Shown here piece after piece: positions 63,309 to 64,000 of a stretch of DNA of 64,000 nucleotides. The notes under the pieces were generated by a model. That model searched no databases. It saw only the letters and a program-made list of their open reading frames with translations, and had not been told where the DNA came from. Within the stretch, counting starts at the first letter, position 1. Each line of letters starts with the position of its first letter. The stretch is from Bythopirellula sp. GTDB taxonomy: Bacteria > Planctomycetota > Planctomycetia > Pirellulales > Lacipirellulaceae. The translations under genes were made by a program, and so were the position numbers. The stretch covers positions 4,480,001-4,544,000 of the forward strand of contig OZ244170.1 in NCBI GenBank assembly GCA_965216565.1. Direction: 5' to 3'.

Positions 63309-64000
63309 GTGAATACTTCAAATCTTCCTCGCAAGTGTCGTACCTTTACGAATTTGACCGCCTGCTTCCTAGTTGTACTCCTTGCAAGAACGCTGTCAGC
63401 GCAGGGAATTCCCGGGACGCTGTTAGATGCGGAGGAGATACGTTCTGTTCTGCTGGTTCCGTTTCCATTTTCCTACCCCAACGACTTACCGCGCAATCAC
63501 GCCCCAACGATCAACGCCAAGGGAGAAACGGCGTTCCCCATCGTTACGCAGTTAGGTGTAGGTGGGCCACCGGTAACTAGCGTGTGGTTTGAAGCCAATA
63601 GTGCGACGCAACTTCTTATGGGAGAGGTTTTCGACGCACCAGGCATTCCTGGCGATGTGCAGCCCGTTCTGGGTGCGGCCTTTCCGCCAAGCTATAACGC
63701 CAAGAGACGGATCAGTGTCCGGGGTGGGCTAACTGGCGAGGGAGTCACCACAAGCAACGATCTCACACTTTGGTCTGGTCCTGTTTCAGCCTTGCGGGTT
63801 ATTGCGCGCGAAGGTTTCGCCGCACCCGATGTGGCAGTTGGCATCCATTTCAAAAACTTCGGTTTGCCCTCGTTGAATTCCCATGGAGCAGTTTCATTTA
63901 ACGGCACGCTCACGGGTCCAGGCGTTGACTCCCAAAACGAAAAAGGTATTTGGGTTGATGACGGGACATCTGGGCGACTGCTTGTAAGGGAAGGTGACGC
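63309..64000 (+). CDS. Secreted NxxGxxAF tandem-repeat (choice-of-anchor type) protein; runs off the window end
   Basis: Not in the ORF track. Manual translation from GTG 63309: MNTSNLPRK..LVVLLARTLSAQG..PTINAKGETAF..LRVIAREGFAAP..PSLNSHGAVSF..GIW..LLVREGD. Confidence 0.8.
   Translation, partial: MNTSNLPRKCRTFTNLTACFLVVLLARTLSAQGIPGTLLDAEEIRSVLLVPFPFSYPNDLPRNHAPTINAKGETAFPIVTQLGVGGPPVTSVWFEANSATQLLMGEVFDAPGIPGDVQPVLGAAFPPSYNAKRRISVRGGLTGEGVTTSNDLTLWSGPVSALRVIAREGFAAPDVAVGIHFKNFGLPSLNSHGAVSFNGTLTGPGVDSQNEKGIWVDDGTSGRLLVREGD

Overview
Bacterial genomic DNA that looks like a planctomycete of the Pirellulales/Lacipirellulaceae type. This is inferred from the DUF1549/DUF1553 cytochrome-like proteins, DUF1501, DUF1559 and multiple PEP-CTERM proteins. 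Positions 1-47.0 kb are mostly a large carbohydrate-utilisation region: two GH92, a GH78, up to three DUF4185-like propellers, a SASA esterase, two DUF1553-DUF1501 pairs, DUF1559, a GntR/LacI-type regulator, an MFS sugar porter, ROK kinase, mannose-6-phosphate isomerase, D-lyxose isomerase and an aldolase-like orphan. This region ends at a tRNA-Val(GAC). Housekeeping and conserved genes follow (der, family-4 UDG, pckA, CHAT protein, GNAT, CinA/NadD-like fusion, glucokinase, lepA). The standout observation is at 27456-31193: an FG-GAP/CRTAC1 ORF and an ASPIC/UnbV-redoxin-TPR ORF share one reading frame, separated only by a single TGA (29442-29444). The TGA is followed by a hairpin closely resembling the E. 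coli fdhF SECIS, giving a candidate 1245-aa selenoprotein (DL-U-SFFWRQVV). No CRISPR, rRNA, integrase or transposase was seen. All family calls come from motif recognition by eye, not database searches.
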